This document shows, one piece after another, positions 1 through 9,850 of a stretch of 63,748 bases of DNA. Source of the stretch: an uncultured virus (IMG/VR IMGVR_UViG_2061766007_000483). Taxonomy: Duplodnaviria > Heunggongvirae > Uroviricota > Caudoviricetes. Below the pieces are notes generated by a model. It was not told the origin of the DNA. It saw only the letters and a list, made by a program, of their open reading frames with translations, and searched no databases. Location of the stretch: the IMG/VR virus record IMGVR_UViG_2061766007_000483; one strand, written 5' to 3'. The translations under genes and the position numbers were made by a program. How positions within the stretch are numbered: position 1 is the stretch's first letter; each line of letters starts with the position of its first letter.

Positions 1-296
1 TGGACATACGTCTTATATATGATTTCATTTTGAAGTTCATCGCTTTTTCTGAAATGCGACAATGCAACCATAAGACTTGGCGTGAGGTTGTTTCTGTCGT
101 AATAGACGGCGAAACCGATTGTTTTCGTATTTTTCTGAATACGGTATTTTTCAGGAAAGACTACGAATACCCTGTCAGTCCATATATCTTCACAGCAGTC
201 CATTATGGAAAAATATGTGTTGCCAAAAGGAGTTTCTTCCAAACACACATTTTTTGGCAAGTTCTCTTTAATTATGCCGCTGTCAGTCAGTCTCAT
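1..296 (-). CDS. Hypothetical protein with MRLTD N-terminal tag (runs off window edge)
   Basis: Manual translation from the ATG at 296 gives MRLTDSGIIKENLPKNVCLEE..., open to position 1; not in the ORF track. Confidence 0.7.
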   Translation of the reverse strand, partial: MRLTDSGIIKENLPKNVCLEETPFGNTYFSIMDCCEDIWTDRVFVVFPEKYRIQKNTKTIGFAVYYDRNNLTPSLMVALSHFRKSDELQNEIIYKTYV

Positions 297-462
297 CGTC
301 TTTGTGTTTTTTAGTCGCTTTTTTTATCGCGTCGGCACACCCGCTTCCTACGACTATGTAGGAAGCGCGTCCCCTCACCGCCTTTGTGGTTGCATACTCA
401 ATGTTCGCCAAATCATTTCTGCGTCCGCATAATTGAACAATGTTATCAACAATGGTTTGACC

Positions 463-1134
463 TTACGACAATCTCGCGCCCGTCAGAATATACACAAGAT
501 TGCGCCATCTTGAAAGTATTGTCTGTGAAGCGACTTTCCTGTCATAGGTGTCAATGAAATTTTTGATTGCATTGATATATTCCTTCATTATGCGGTACTC
601 ATTGTCGTTCACAACATTGCGCTTGTGCCAATGTTCCATATCCGCATAGAAGACCTCACACAATTTGTCTGAACCGCTTGAGGCGATGAACATACGGAGA
701 GCATTTTTCAGGTTATCCAAACGGCACCTTCCAATCCTGCACCGCTTTCCGATTTCAAACATCTCTTTCTCCAATTCATCCAACCCGTAGTTGAAGTCAA
801 AGACAACCACATTCGGTTTTATCTCATCCCATTCCGAATCGGAAAATATGTTGAGGTGGATTAGCATAGCGATACGTGTGACCGCAACATCATTGCTCGG
901 ATAGGTGTTGTCATACCTGTCAAAGAAATTTTCGTTCGTATTGATGTATTTGATTAAGTTCGGTTTCTCATTCATAAACATTTTACGGATGTTATCGCGT
1001 TCCTTGTTTAGCGTGATGATTGCTGACTTTATCCCAAACGGCGGTTCGTTCATTTCAAATTCCCTCGCCCTGCGTTTCGCATCATCAAACCATTCGTATC
1101 TCTCTATGATACTGCTTTCCGAAAGTCTTGCCAT
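463..1134 (-). CDS. Hypothetical protein (MARLSE tag variant)
   Basis: 223-aa ORF in a minus-strand gene run. Confidence 0.7.
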   Translation of the reverse strand: MARLSESSIIERYEWFDDAKRRAREFEMNEPPFGIKSAIITLNKERDNIRKMFMNEKPNLIKYINTNENFFDRYDNTYPSNDVAVTRIAMLIHLNIFSDSEWDEIKPNVVVFDFNYGLDELEKEMFEIGKRCRIGRCRLDNLKNALRMFIASSGSDKLCEVFYADMEHWHKRNVVNDNEYRIMKEYINAIKNFIDTYDRKVASQTILSRWRNLVYILTGARLS

Positions 1135-1147
1135 AGTCCTGTTGTTT

Positions 1148-1738
1148 TTAGTTCAGTTTTGAAATCTGACCGTTCGTCAGTCTGACCGTGAAGTCATACA
1201 GACTCTCACATCTCATCATTCTCACGCACTTGTTCTCTGATGAAAGTTTGGAGAGGTCAACATTCCTGTTGTATGGTGCGTCAATCATCACACCCGTTTC
1301 GGCGGTGCAGTGTTTGAACTTGTACGGACTGTCGTCAAGAAAGAAGTCAAGACCTCCGATGTGCCACTTGTCCTTGATGAAGCAGATGTCGTCAAAGTTG
1401 AACCCGTTCTTGTGCAACCATTGCAGGGTCAGTTTTTGGTTTTCAAAACCCACCTGATGTGTGATGATGATGGTGTGTCCGATTTCGGACAGGATGTTGA
1501 ACGAGTCAACCGCATTGGGCATCACCCGCGCACCCAACAGGATTTTGTCCCTCCGCCACCCGTTCAGAAAATACTCCGTAGCGTTCGGGATGTCGGGAAA
1601 CGAATCTTTAAGGTCGTATGAGGTGCAGGACTCCCTGTCCTTTATCACCCCCTTCTCCGACCTGTATATGTCAAGACAACCTCCGAGAAAGTCCCGAAGC
1701 ACACCGTCAATGTCAATTCCGAATGTCAGTTTTTTCAT
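1148..1738 (-). CDS. HAD-superfamily 5'(3')-deoxyribonucleotidase (NT5C-like)
   Basis: GIDIDGVL motif I, IIITHQ, TLQWL, FLDDSP; start reassigned to MKKLTFG. Confidence 0.85.
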   Translation of the reverse strand: MKKLTFGIDIDGVLRDFLGGCLDIYRSEKGVIKDRESCTSYDLKDSFPDIPNATEYFLNGWRRDKILLGARVMPNAVDSFNILSEIGHTIIITHQVGFENQKLTLQWLHKNGFNFDDICFIKDKWHIGGLDFFLDDSPYKFKHCTAETGVMIDAPYNRNVDLSKLSSENKCVRMMRCESLYDFTVRLTNGQISKLN

Positions 1739-1742
1739 ATCT

Positions 1743-2156
1743 CTATTTTGTTTGTTCTTCAAATTCGTTTTTGTCCGTCCGTGCGACAAGCAGGGTCATC
1801 CACAAACCGTCCTTCTCAACAAGTGCGATTCCGATTGCATACACATTGTCATCGGTCTCGCCGAGCAGTGTGGTGGTCAGCGACCGCACACCATAGTCAT
1901 AGTTCTCCGCCCACGGTTCCAATACAACGATGTCATTGTAGGAAAGCACCTGATTTGTGATGACCTCAACACCCTCCGACTCCGTGCAGTCTGACACCAG
2001 GTTCGCGATGAACAGGTCGTCGCTGCTCTGAACCACCTCCGCAGTCGCAAATATCCTTATGTCGTTTTTCAGGTTCTCCGCAATTCGTGCGGCATTTTGG
2101 GCATTCAATGCGATAACGGTTATCAGCATCGCAAGTGTTACAATCAGTCTTTTCAT
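1743..2156 (-). CDS. Exported protein with signal peptide
   Basis: MKRLIVTLAMLITVIALNAQ: Sec-type leader with Gln after the cleavage site, typical of Bacteroidota. Confidence 0.65.
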   Translation of the reverse strand: MKRLIVTLAMLITVIALNAQNAARIAENLKNDIRIFATAEVVQSSDDLFIANLVSDCTESEGVEVITNQVLSYNDIVVLEPWAENYDYGVRSLTTTLLGETDDNVYAIGIALVEKDGLWMTLLVARTDKNEFEEQTK

Positions 2157-2311
2157 CTTCTATGATTTTTGTGATTTCAGCATACCACTCCTCAACCTTC
2201 AATTCGCAGAGTTCAGGGAAGTACATCGCCCCCTCCGCGATAGTCATCAGGTACGCCTTCAATTTCTTCTCTTTTATACTCATATTTGAATATAATGAAA
2301 AAAAAATGAAA

Positions 2312-2521
2312 TTATACACTCGTGATGTAATTATTCCATAAATCTCTCGGAGTGAAATCGTCCGCCGACTCATATTCGTCTATGATATTCTGCTCAACGA
2401 ACTCCTTCGGCACCATCTTCAACAGGGTTTCGTACATCGCCTTCCGCATTTCATTCAAATCCTTTTCTCTCGGTTTTTCCTTTATCAGGTTTTTCGTGTT
2501 GTCTGAATCCGTAAGTTTCAT
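2312..2521 (-). CDS. Small hypothetical protein (MKLTD tag)
   Basis: 69-aa ORF. Confidence 0.6.
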   Translation of the reverse strand: MKLTDSDNTKNLIKEKPREKDLNEMRKAMYETLLKMVPKEFVEQNIIDEYESADDFTPRDLWNNYITSV

Positions 2522-2537
2522 ATTATATTTAATTTAC

Positions 2538-2556
2538 GATATATCAATGATGTATC
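2538..2556. repeat. 19-bp imperfect palindrome GATACATCAWTGATATATC (copy 1 of 9)
   Basis: Other copies at 9816, 18395, 21654, 30876, 37381, 42367, 55163 and 59350. Confidence 0.9.
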
Positions 2557-3005
2557 TCATATTCCTTTATGTATTTATCTACCTGTTCAACAAACTCATC
2601 ATACGTTTGGGAATATGCGCTGAACGTATATTTGCCGAAGTCATAGGATATTCCGTTTGACACCATAATCTCCTCCGCGAGCGATTGTATCCTGTCATAG
2701 TCCTTTCTGTACCAATCCGAGTCGCTGACGCAAAATGCCACGCCCGACCCGTTGCTGAAATTGGAAATGATACAGTTCAGTTTGGCGAACTTGTTGTCCG
2801 CATCCTTGTTGAACACGAAGTATATGAGATGCGCCTGTTTGCTGCGCCTTTTGCGGAGGGGGATTGTGATGACAGTATCAAAGAACACACTGTCGTCAAA
2901 AATGAAATGACATTCATCCTCACCGTGTGTCAGCATACGCTCCACCTTGTCTATGCGGTTCTTGAAGTCGTTCACATCACCGATGTTTGTCCCATTCAAT
3001 CTCAT
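2544..3005 (-). CDS. Hypothetical protein
   Basis: 153 aa, ATGA-coupled to the upstream gene. Confidence 0.65.
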   Translation of the reverse strand: MRLNGTNIGDVNDFKNRIDKVERMLTHGEDECHFIFDDSVFFDTVITIPLRKRRSKQAHLIYFVFNKDADNKFAKLNCIISNFSNGSGVAFCVSDSDWYRKDYDRIQSLAEEIMVSNGISYDFGKYTFSAYSQTYDEFVEQVDKYIKEYEIHH

Positions 3006-3502
3006 ATCTGCAATTTCAAGTTATAGACACCGACAGCAATCGGTTCGGAATCATTGTCAGTCCTGAAGTGTTTGTTCACATAGTCAACAACATTGTCAGC
3101 CCTGATGTGTTTGTTCACATAGTCAACAAAACCCATATATTTCGGTTTGTCGTCACCACAACGGATTTGTATGGTCTTGTGTGTGGTATTGCCATCATCC
3201 TCCATCTTTATATTGACGTCATCACGGTTTGCCAAAGAGGTGAAGTCGTCAATCCCAGCGAGGACGAGGGCGGTGGTGAGCATTGAACTTTTTGCGTCGT
3301 TGAAAAATATACGAATGAGCGGGAACACACCACCCTCGCTGAAAGGTTTCGCGGTATCGGATTTCTCTATATACAATGCAATCTTGTACGTGTAGGGAAC
3401 ATCCTTTCCGCAATCGTAGATTGTATGTATCCTTCTGTGGATTTCACATACGGGTTTGATGTCGTCACCGATAATTTGTGCGTGTTCGCTTATCTTTGCC
3501 AT
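3002..3502 (-). CDS. Hypothetical protein (MAKISE tag variant) with a 13-aa internal duplication
   Basis: VDYVNKH occurs twice, 39 nt apart. Confidence 0.65.
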   Translation of the reverse strand: MAKISEHAQIIGDDIKPVCEIHRRIHTIYDCGKDVPYTYKIALYIEKSDTAKPFSEGGVFPLIRIFFNDAKSSMLTTALVLAGIDDFTSLANRDDVNIKMEDDGNTTHKTIQIRCGDDKPKYMGFVDYVNKHIRADNVVDYVNKHFRTDNDSEPIAVGVYNLKLQI

Positions 3503-3505
3503 AGT

Positions 3506-4072
3506 TTACAGTTTTGTTATCTTGTCAAAAATTTGTATGTTCAGGTATTCCTCCAACTTGGCGATGTCGTCAAGGGTGTAGTTGTGCCTTCCTTTCAGCA
3601 TATCGGAAAATGTGTCCTTGCCAATCCCGACCTTCTGCTCAATGTCGCTCTCAACCTCATCCGCGCTCATACCGCTCTTGTCAATATAGTCAAGGATATG
3701 GTTGGCGATGAGACCCGACACCCTCAACCATCTTCGGTTGTCCTGCCTCCACTTCGCGTTCTCCCTCCAATCACTCGGACATTCCTCCATCACGGTCTGC
3801 AACTTTTCAAGGGTATCGCTTGTCGGTTCGGTTTCAACGACCTGTTCCTCCTTTTGTGGTTCATCCTTCTTGTTGCGTTTGAACATCCTGAAAATTTCAA
3901 GAAGGGTGTGACACACTCCGTAGATGATGGCGAACACGACTTCAACAATCGCGCTTGTCACAATCAGAAGGCACAGGAGATAGGTCTTGCATACCGCTAT
4001 GCCGAACCCGAAGATGATGGCGAGTATCTCGCTCACAGGGTTCATTTTGTTCTGTGTTGTTTCTTCTGTCAT
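3506..4072 (-). CDS. Membrane-anchored XRE-type HTH protein
   Basis: N-terminal hydrophobic segments; C-terminal GIGKDTFSDMLKGRHNYTLDDIAKLEEYL resembles an XRE HTH. Confidence 0.65.
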   Translation of the reverse strand: MTEETTQNKMNPVSEILAIIFGFGIAVCKTYLLCLLIVTSAIVEVVFAIIYGVCHTLLEIFRMFKRNKKDEPQKEEQVVETEPTSDTLEKLQTVMEECPSDWRENAKWRQDNRRWLRVSGLIANHILDYIDKSGMSADEVESDIEQKVGIGKDTFSDMLKGRHNYTLDDIAKLEEYLNIQIFDKITKL

Positions 4073-4434
4073 ATTTCAGTCCTGTTTGTTTTTGTGTAGA
4101 TGCGCAGGAAGGTTTCCCAATCCTTTGACACAACGGTCTCCACGGATGATTTTTCCGCGTTTATTCTCATCACACTCACTTTAATATACTGCACATATCT
4201 GACACCCTTGTCATTCAACTTCTTGTTAAGTATCACGGCATAGTCCTCAATATCCTCAAAGGGGTCGTCCTCATCATCCTTGTCAATGTAGATGTCGCCG
4301 ATTTTCAAGTCGTCAAACTCACGGATGTGTTTTCTTTTTGTTTTCCGTTCGGAGAAAATCGGCATTGAAACCCCGAACAGGACAGAGAATGTGATGAACA
4401 GAAAGATTGTGTATGTTATTTGAAATGCGTTCAT
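4069..4434 (-). CDS. Membrane-anchored hypothetical protein (paralog of 4431..4796)
   Basis: N-terminal TM, FDDLKIGDIY...PF. Confidence 0.7.
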   Translation of the reverse strand: MNAFQITYTIFLFITFSVLFGVSMPIFSERKTKRKHIREFDDLKIGDIYIDKDDEDDPFEDIEDYAVILNKKLNDKGVRYVQYIKVSVMRINAEKSSVETVVSKDWETFLRIYTKTNRTEI

Positions 4435-4796
4435 TTCTCACTCCTTTCATATTCGGCAACTGCCTTTCTGATTTCATCTTCTGTGTGGTGTTCCTTCACA
4501 TACCAACTGTAAAAGCGTTCCCATTTTAGGTCGTCAACGACCCCGCCGAAAATGCTTTTGTATTCAACCCAACGGACACCGCTCGCGTCGCTTTTCTTTG
4601 TGACACGGATATAACGGCGGTGGTTCAAGAACGGATTGCCCGCATCTGATTTGCTCACATACACGTCACCGATTTTCAGTTCGTCAAACGCCTTTTTCTC
4701 CCTTCTTTCGGAACGCACCGCAGCAATGGGGATGCACACGAATGGGACTGCAAAAACTGCGACAATAATTAACAAAATAACACTAATTGTACTCAT
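4431..4796 (-). CDS. Membrane-anchored hypothetical protein (paralog of 4069..4434)
   Basis: N-terminal TM, FDELKIGDVY...PF. Confidence 0.7.
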   Translation of the reverse strand: MSTISVILLIIVAVFAVPFVCIPIAAVRSERREKKAFDELKIGDVYVSKSDAGNPFLNHRRYIRVTKKSDASGVRWVEYKSIFGGVVDDLKWERFYSWYVKEHHTEDEIRKAVAEYERSEK

Positions 4797-4814
4797 AATA
4801 ATTTGTTTTAAGGT

Positions 4815-5072
4815 TTAGGTATTAAAATAATCTACAATGGGGTCGGAGAGAAATTTCCAATTACCGTCACCCTTCTCGTCAATTTGGAACTCCATAGGCG
4901 GCACGTTGTCATAATCAACGAAGTTGTAGATGCCGTTATATTTCAAGAGGCACTCAAACTTGTCATCACAGAACTCACGGTTCCATCTGTCCCCCTCATA
5001 CATCCTTGACTCGTACAGGACTTCGGTGACCTCATCATAATCATCAAGCAGCACAAGTCTAAATTTTGCCAT
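4815..5072 (-). CDS. Hypothetical protein
   Basis: 85-aa ORF in operon. Confidence 0.6.
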   Translation of the reverse strand: MAKFRLVLLDDYDEVTEVLYESRMYEGDRWNREFCDDKFECLLKYNGIYNFVDYDNVPPMEFQIDEKGDGNWKFLSDPIVDYFNT

Positions 5073-5262
5073 CTTTCACCTCCACTCTCTTTTTGAGTTC
5101 TGCGACCATCGCCTCGCCAATCCTGACACTCACTTCCGCGAGTTCGTGCGGCAAAAGGTCGGCGACCTCCCCCAATTTACCGCTCTCCTGTATGCCCTGC
5201 ATCGCGGCGATTGACGCCTGCACAAGGACATCATCCCAATAGGTTTCAGTTTTCGGACACAT
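5059..5262 (-). CDS. Small phage protein (MCPKTETYWDD...)
   Basis: QASIAAMQG...AMVAELKK pattern; start reassigned to avoid a long overlap. Confidence 0.55.
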   Translation of the reverse strand: MCPKTETYWDDVLVQASIAAMQGIQESGKLGEVADLLPHELAEVSVRIGEAMVAELKKRVEVKDGKI

Positions 5263-5707
5263 TTCTCTGTTTTTTATAGTTGTTGATAATATATGGCAAG
5301 GCACGCTCAACGAGTTTGTCCCCGTGCTTCGTCCAAAAATGGGTGAACACGACAGAATCCTTGTCCTTGCATTCAATGTCATCTGTCTTTATGACCGCGA
5401 CCCTGATTTTGTCATCGGTCTCAATGGTGTTCTTGTAAAGAAGGCAGATGAGGTCGCTGTCCTCAATATGCACATACCCCCACCAAGTCTCACCGAGTCC
5501 GACCATTTCCTCATACTTGCCGCACTCATTGGGGTTCGCATACAGGTTTCCATTGTACGCCTTCTTCCAAGCACGGTATGCCTTCCTGTCCCATAACCAC
5601 ACCCTGTCCCTGTAATTGGTTTCGGTAGTCAGGACGCAAAACAGGTTGATGATTGCCACAATCACCAACAGTCCGAAAATGATTGTCATAATAAGATGTG
5701 TCTGCAT
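5246..5707 (-). CDS. Membrane-anchored hypothetical protein
   Basis: N-terminal TM followed by RKAYR. Confidence 0.65.
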   Translation of the reverse strand: MQTHLIMTIIFGLLVIVAIINLFCVLTTETNYRDRVWLWDRKAYRAWKKAYNGNLYANPNECGKYEEMVGLGETWWGYVHIEDSDLICLLYKNTIETDDKIRVAVIKTDDIECKDKDSVVFTHFWTKHGDKLVERALPYIINNYKKQRNVSEN

Positions 5708-5725
5708 AATTGTATTTTTTTGTTG

Positions 5726-5899
5726 TTATCCCCTTATGGCGTATGGAGAGAGCGACCCCTGCATCCAAGCGTTGTAGTACATAACTTGGGTGTCCGTCAG
5801 ATTCTCGTACCACAGGTCAAAATACTTGTGGTATTTCTTGTGTACGTTGTAGCGGAACTCCCGTTCAAGGTATTCCCGCAGTTCCTTGCTCTTTCCCAT
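5726..5899 (-). CDS. Small hypothetical protein (MGKSKEL...)
   Basis: Fills the space between neighbours; start reassigned. Confidence 0.5.
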   Translation of the reverse strand: MGKSKELREYLEREFRYNVHKKYHKYFDLWYENLTDTQVMYYNAWMQGSLSPYAIRG

Positions 5900-5909
5900 A
5901 TCTGTAAGT

Positions 5910-6326
5910 TTATGAAATAATTCTGCTTGTGAAATAATCCTGCAAAAGTTCGTCCTTGTCCAAATGACACACGTCAATTATATGCTTTATCAGAACATCT
6001 GCCTTGTCCTTGAATGTGTTTCCTGCGAACACGCACCGTTTTTTGTCAAAGATACCGATGCTAATGTCGCTCTTGTCAATCCACATATTCGCATAGTATT
6101 TGTCATTGGTGCCGACAATATTCAGGGAGATGTAGTCGTCACAATGGAACATAGTATTTACAAGTATGTCGCCTTTCATAAGACTCCTGTATGCCCGCCG
6201 CCCCCTGAACGAGAACAACCACATCAACTTTTCCGTGATGGCGAATATCTTGTCAATGGTGACATATATCGCCGCACCGCTCAAAAGCGGAATGATGATT
6301 TGCAGGATGATGAATTTGAGTGTCAT
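5910..6326 (-). CDS. Membrane-anchored hypothetical protein
   Basis: TM followed by RRAYR; first gene after a TTTTTTATTATATTCAA motif. Confidence 0.65.
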   Translation of the reverse strand: MTLKFIILQIIIPLLSGAAIYVTIDKIFAITEKLMWLFSFRGRRAYRSLMKGDILVNTMFHCDDYISLNIVGTNDKYYANMWIDKSDISIGIFDKKRCVFAGNTFKDKADVLIKHIIDVCHLDKDELLQDYFTSRIIS

Positions 6327-6338
6327 AGTTTCCTTTTA

Positions 6339-6357
6339 TTGAATATAATAAAAAAAA
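6339..6357 (-). promoter_or_regulatory. Putative non-late phage promoter TTTTTTRTTATATTCAA (representative of about 14 copies)
   Basis: Recurs shortly upstream of operon-leading genes near 2286, 17232, 22971, 28595, 43319, 48708, 50757 and 55187; variants near 30845, 36749, 44025(+), 56578 and 58654. Confidence 0.75.
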
Positions 6358-6408
6358 TCATATTTTTCACCATAACAGGGAGAAAAATGAAAAAGTTCTG
6401 ACGACTTT

Positions 6409-6416
6409 TATAAATA
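6409..6416 (+). promoter_or_regulatory. T4-type late promoter TATAAATA (representative)
   Basis: Exact T4 late consensus; also at 9812+, 13696+, 18370-, 28649+, 37396-, 38480-, 40575-, 41475+, 42338+, 43358+, 57051-, 59266- and 62424-. Confidence 0.8.
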
Positions 6417-6425
6417 TAGTGAAAT

Positions 6426-9400
6426 TTGTTTATGATGGACAGCACAAGAAACCTTGTATTTTTTGACAAAAGCGGAACAAACTACGGGTTCTCCTACAAC
6501 ACGGAGAACAACCTGTGGGAAGGCGCGATATACCTCAACCCCGTATCAAAGGGTCTGTTTGAGACGGAAAAGATAATCATTATGGAACGCTATCCAATCT
6601 GTGAGGAGTCCTATGAGGTTGACTCGCACGGTTATCTCATAAACCCCGTCACCACCTATGAGTACGGGTATCCGTCCACCGACTACGGAAACGGGGACTA
6701 CTATATGTTCAGATGGGATGAGAATGTGAATGAGGTTGATGAGATACGTATGTATGGGTTTGACCTCAACGGTTGCGAACCCGAAGACACCTCCGCGCTC
6801 ACGTTCAACAAATACAACTGCCCGCAGATTGAATACAGGGATGAGGTGGTCATCACCAACCTGCTCTACAATCCGATTGATTATGTCGGCGAGACCGTTC
6901 AGGACGGACTGCACAGGATAACCTATGTCAGGAACACCTCTTGGTCATCAAACTTCGCCTGCATTGACATCTCGTTCTCCAACCAAAATGACGAGTACAG
7001 CACATTCAGGAGGGACTTGGTTATGTACCACGTCCATACGGAAGGGTTTGAGACAAAGCGCGACATCGTTGGCAGGTTCAGCGTCTATGCGAAGTCAATA
7101 GAGGAGGATGAGAGACTTGACGTTATGTGCAGGAACCTCGGATACTCAATCAGCAACAATGACTACTCAATCCTGATGGACTCCGACATAAAGGAGGAAC
7201 TCATTGACAACGACCTCATCAACATAAAACGCAAGGAGATGCTCCTTGAAGGACACAACATCTATTCCCATATAGGTTCCTATAAATCCCTCATCAACGC
7301 AATCCGTTTCTTCGGGTATGACAATGTTTCAATCAGGGAATGGTGGAAGAATGTTGATATTACCTCACAGGACTTCGGAAAGTCGTTCCTCGCGACGACC
7401 TATTCACTTGAAGGTCGGGAGTGCATAAAGAGCGACAACAACATAACCCTTCCGAGCAAAAGGTTCAGGAAACTGAACAAACTGTCACTCACATACAACA
7501 TAGACAAACTCACGGGTGATGATAACCCGAACACTTGGAGAGGTCATTCCTATCCGCAGACGGAGGAATCGTTCACCTATACGATAGAGGAGGCGGTCAT
7601 AAAACTCTATGGTCTGAAACGCAAACTTGACAAGGAGTTCATCCCGCTCAACACTAAAATCATAGACATAACGGGAGAGATGAACGCATTCTATCCCAAC
7701 ACCCTGTCGCACGTTTTCACCGCCAACGGTTCGTTTGACACAAGGGCGGGAGAGTCTGCGGAGTTTGAAATCCTCAACGGGGACGACGAGGGTGGTTTCT
7801 ATATCACAGACCTCCGTCCGTTCGGAATACATCCGACAGACGCAAGGTCGGGCAACGGTATCGTCGGCGAGTCCTTCCAATCACCAAGATACATCGGATG
7901 CGGTCTCCAATCCCTTTACAGCGCCGATGAATATGACGGCGTTGAGTTCGGTTTGCAGGGGTTGCAGCAATACAATACAAACTTCACCTTGCAGGACTTT
8001 CAGGATGTGCCGATTTCCGCCGCATTTCAGGGCGTTTTGGGCATTCAGGGACTTGGTGCGGACACCTGCACCTCCGCACAGCAATATCAGGGCATACAGG
8101 GCGTAAAAGCGCCCTATGAGATGTATGGGGACAACCTGCTCGGAGTGTTCGGACACACGACCGACGAATGCGCCCCGTGGACGTTCTACCCCTATGAGAT
8201 GGAGAGAATATCATCGGCGGGCAACTACTACCTCGCCGACTTCGGGAACTACTTCCCGAACATAAGGCACAATTCAGTCCCCCCGAACTCGTTTGATGTT
8301 GACACGAACGAATACCTGCCAGATGAGGAGAACATCCCCTGCGGTGCTGTCGTTAGACTTAAATTCAAGGAAAGGGACATCACTTGGAACGAGTGCAGGT
8401 TCACTTGGGAGAGTCTTGCCAACGGAGGCATATATGAGGATGATGAATTGGTGGGATATATCAATGATGTATCTTGGGATATGATGAACAACTTCGTCGG
8501 CAACCGCTCACGGATTGAATGGAGCGTTTACAAGTCGGAAGATGTCACGCCATCATTCTATTCAAAGATATGCGGAACTTTCGCAAACGGGTACGGGGAC
8601 ATCGGCATCGTCCTGCCCTATGTCGGCGAATACAGCGTTGAGATGAAGGTCTATGATTGGAACAACAATCCGACCGTCAAACTCCGACCGAACTGCATTT
8701 CGGTTATGCCGCGAGAGGTTGAGTTCACGGGTTGGTGCAGAATCAGCGAGGGCGAACTCACTTGGGAGAGCAACATCTCTTGGGACGAACTCGGTTGCCA
8801 ATGGTGCTTCCCCGTCAGCAACGACCTCACTTGGGACGATATGAAAAGCGCGACCTATGAGGCGATGGACAGGGCGACCTTCCTGTCACACTATGTCGGC
8901 ACGACTGACACCGATGAGAGTATGATGCTATACACCTATGGCGACGACACCATTGACGCCGAACATTGGGGCATACACTCCGACCATACGGGCGCATACT
9001 TTTGGAACAACCTTGACTGCACTTGGAACGACCTCAACCACCTGTGGTGGGACGCAATGTGCATAACAGGCGACATTCCCTGCTACTTTGAGTTCGGGTA
9101 CTTTGACAACAACGGCAACACCATTGACTCACCCGACGGACATAATGACATCCTGTGGGGCAAATGGATTGAGTTTGTCACATCGGACAACAGATACGCG
9201 GCATTCCACTTCCCGCAGTCAAACCAACATCAGGGCGCACTGACCGACCTGACCGACATAACCCGTATGCTGAACAACTCAAACGACCCAATCGTCTCTA
9301 TGTTCACCTACTCCTATGTCTATGACTATGACGGAGGCGACAACGCGGGGTTCAAGATAGTCGCCGTATCAAAGACGGGAGGCAAACTCGGAGACCTCAA

Positions 9401-9794
9401 ACATATCGGTATCGTGTCCACCCAATACCACGCATACAGCGACATCTACAACAGACTCCATATCAGGACTGACCAAGACAACAAGCAGTTGAGGTTCCAT
9501 ACCAATTCCGTACTGTGCAACCCCACTTGGATGGACTGCATCTGCATAAACAACGTGAAGCGAATCCCCGCTTGGACGGACATCAACTTCAACTACTCTA
9601 ATTGCAGGATTTGCGGCAAAAAGAACCCAAGATGGAAGATAACCAACCTCAACACAGGTAGCGTCTATACCAACGACCGAAAGAACTTCCACCGCCTGTT
9701 CAAGGAAAAAGGTTGCTACAACATAGAACTCACACTTGAAGATACGAACGGCAACACCTATACGAAAGACAGGAATATGCTGATAATCTATTAG
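6426..9794 (+). CDS. Large virion structural protein (baseplate/tail-like, PKD-like segments)
   Basis: 1122 aa behind a late promoter; HIGSYKSLINAIRFFGY, VGEYSVEMKVYD, GCYNIELTLED; Trp-rich repeats. Confidence 0.6.
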   Translation: MFMMDSTRNLVFFDKSGTNYGFSYNTENNLWEGAIYLNPVSKGLFETEKIIIMERYPICEESYEVDSHGYLINPVTTYEYGYPSTDYGNGDYYMFRWDENVNEVDEIRMYGFDLNGCEPEDTSALTFNKYNCPQIEYRDEVVITNLLYNPIDYVGETVQDGLHRITYVRNTSWSSNFACIDISFSNQNDEYSTFRRDLVMYHVHTEGFETKRDIVGRFSVYAKSIEEDERLDVMCRNLGYSISNNDYSILMDSDIKEELIDNDLINIKRKEMLLEGHNIYSHIGSYKSLINAIRFFGYDNVSIREWWKNVDITSQDFGKSFLATTYSLEGRECIKSDNNITLPSKRFRKLNKLSLTYNIDKLTGDDNPNTWRGHSYPQTEESFTYTIEEAVIKLYGLKRKLDKEFIPLNTKIIDITGEMNAFYPNTLSHVFTANGSFDTRAGESAEFEILNGDDEGGFYITDLRPFGIHPTDARSGNGIVGESFQSPRYIGCGLQSLYSADEYDGVEFGLQGLQQYNTNFTLQDFQDVPISAAFQGVLGIQGLGADTCTSAQQYQGIQGVKAPYEMYGDNLLGVFGHTTDECAPWTFYPYEMERISSAGNYYLADFGNYFPNIRHNSVPPNSFDVDTNEYLPDEENIPCGAVVRLKFKERDITWNECRFTWESLANGGIYEDDELVGYINDVSWDMMNNFVGNRSRIEWSVYKSEDVTPSFYSKICGTFANGYGDIGIVLPYVGEYSVEMKVYDWNNNPTVKLRPNCISVMPREVEFTGWCRISEGELTWESNISWDELGCQWCFPVSNDLTWDDMKSATYEAMDRATFLSHYVGTTDTDESMMLYTYGDDTIDAEHWGIHSDHTGAYFWNNLDCTWNDLNHLWWDAMCITGDIPCYFEFGYFDNNGNTIDSPDGHNDILWGKWIEFVTSDNRYAAFHFPQSNQHQGALTDLTDITRMLNNSNDPIVSMFTYSYVYDYDGGDNAGFKIVAVSKTGGKLGDLKHIGIVSTQYHAYSDIYNRLHIRTDQDNKQLRFHTNSVLCNPTWMDCICINNVKRIPAWTDINFNYSNCRICGKKNPRWKITNLNTGSVYTNDRKNFHRLFKEKGCYNIELTLEDTNGNTYTKDRNMLIIY

Positions 9795-9850
9795 GTATAA
9801 ATTTCATCAGATATAAATATATCATTGATTTATCACCAAAATCAGAATAT

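Noticed and set aside
1966..2373. 135-aa Cys-rich ORF as a metal-binding protein
   Set aside because: The Cys-rich part overlaps 1743..2156 out of frame; only the portion from the ATG at 2283 is plausible, so it was left uncalled
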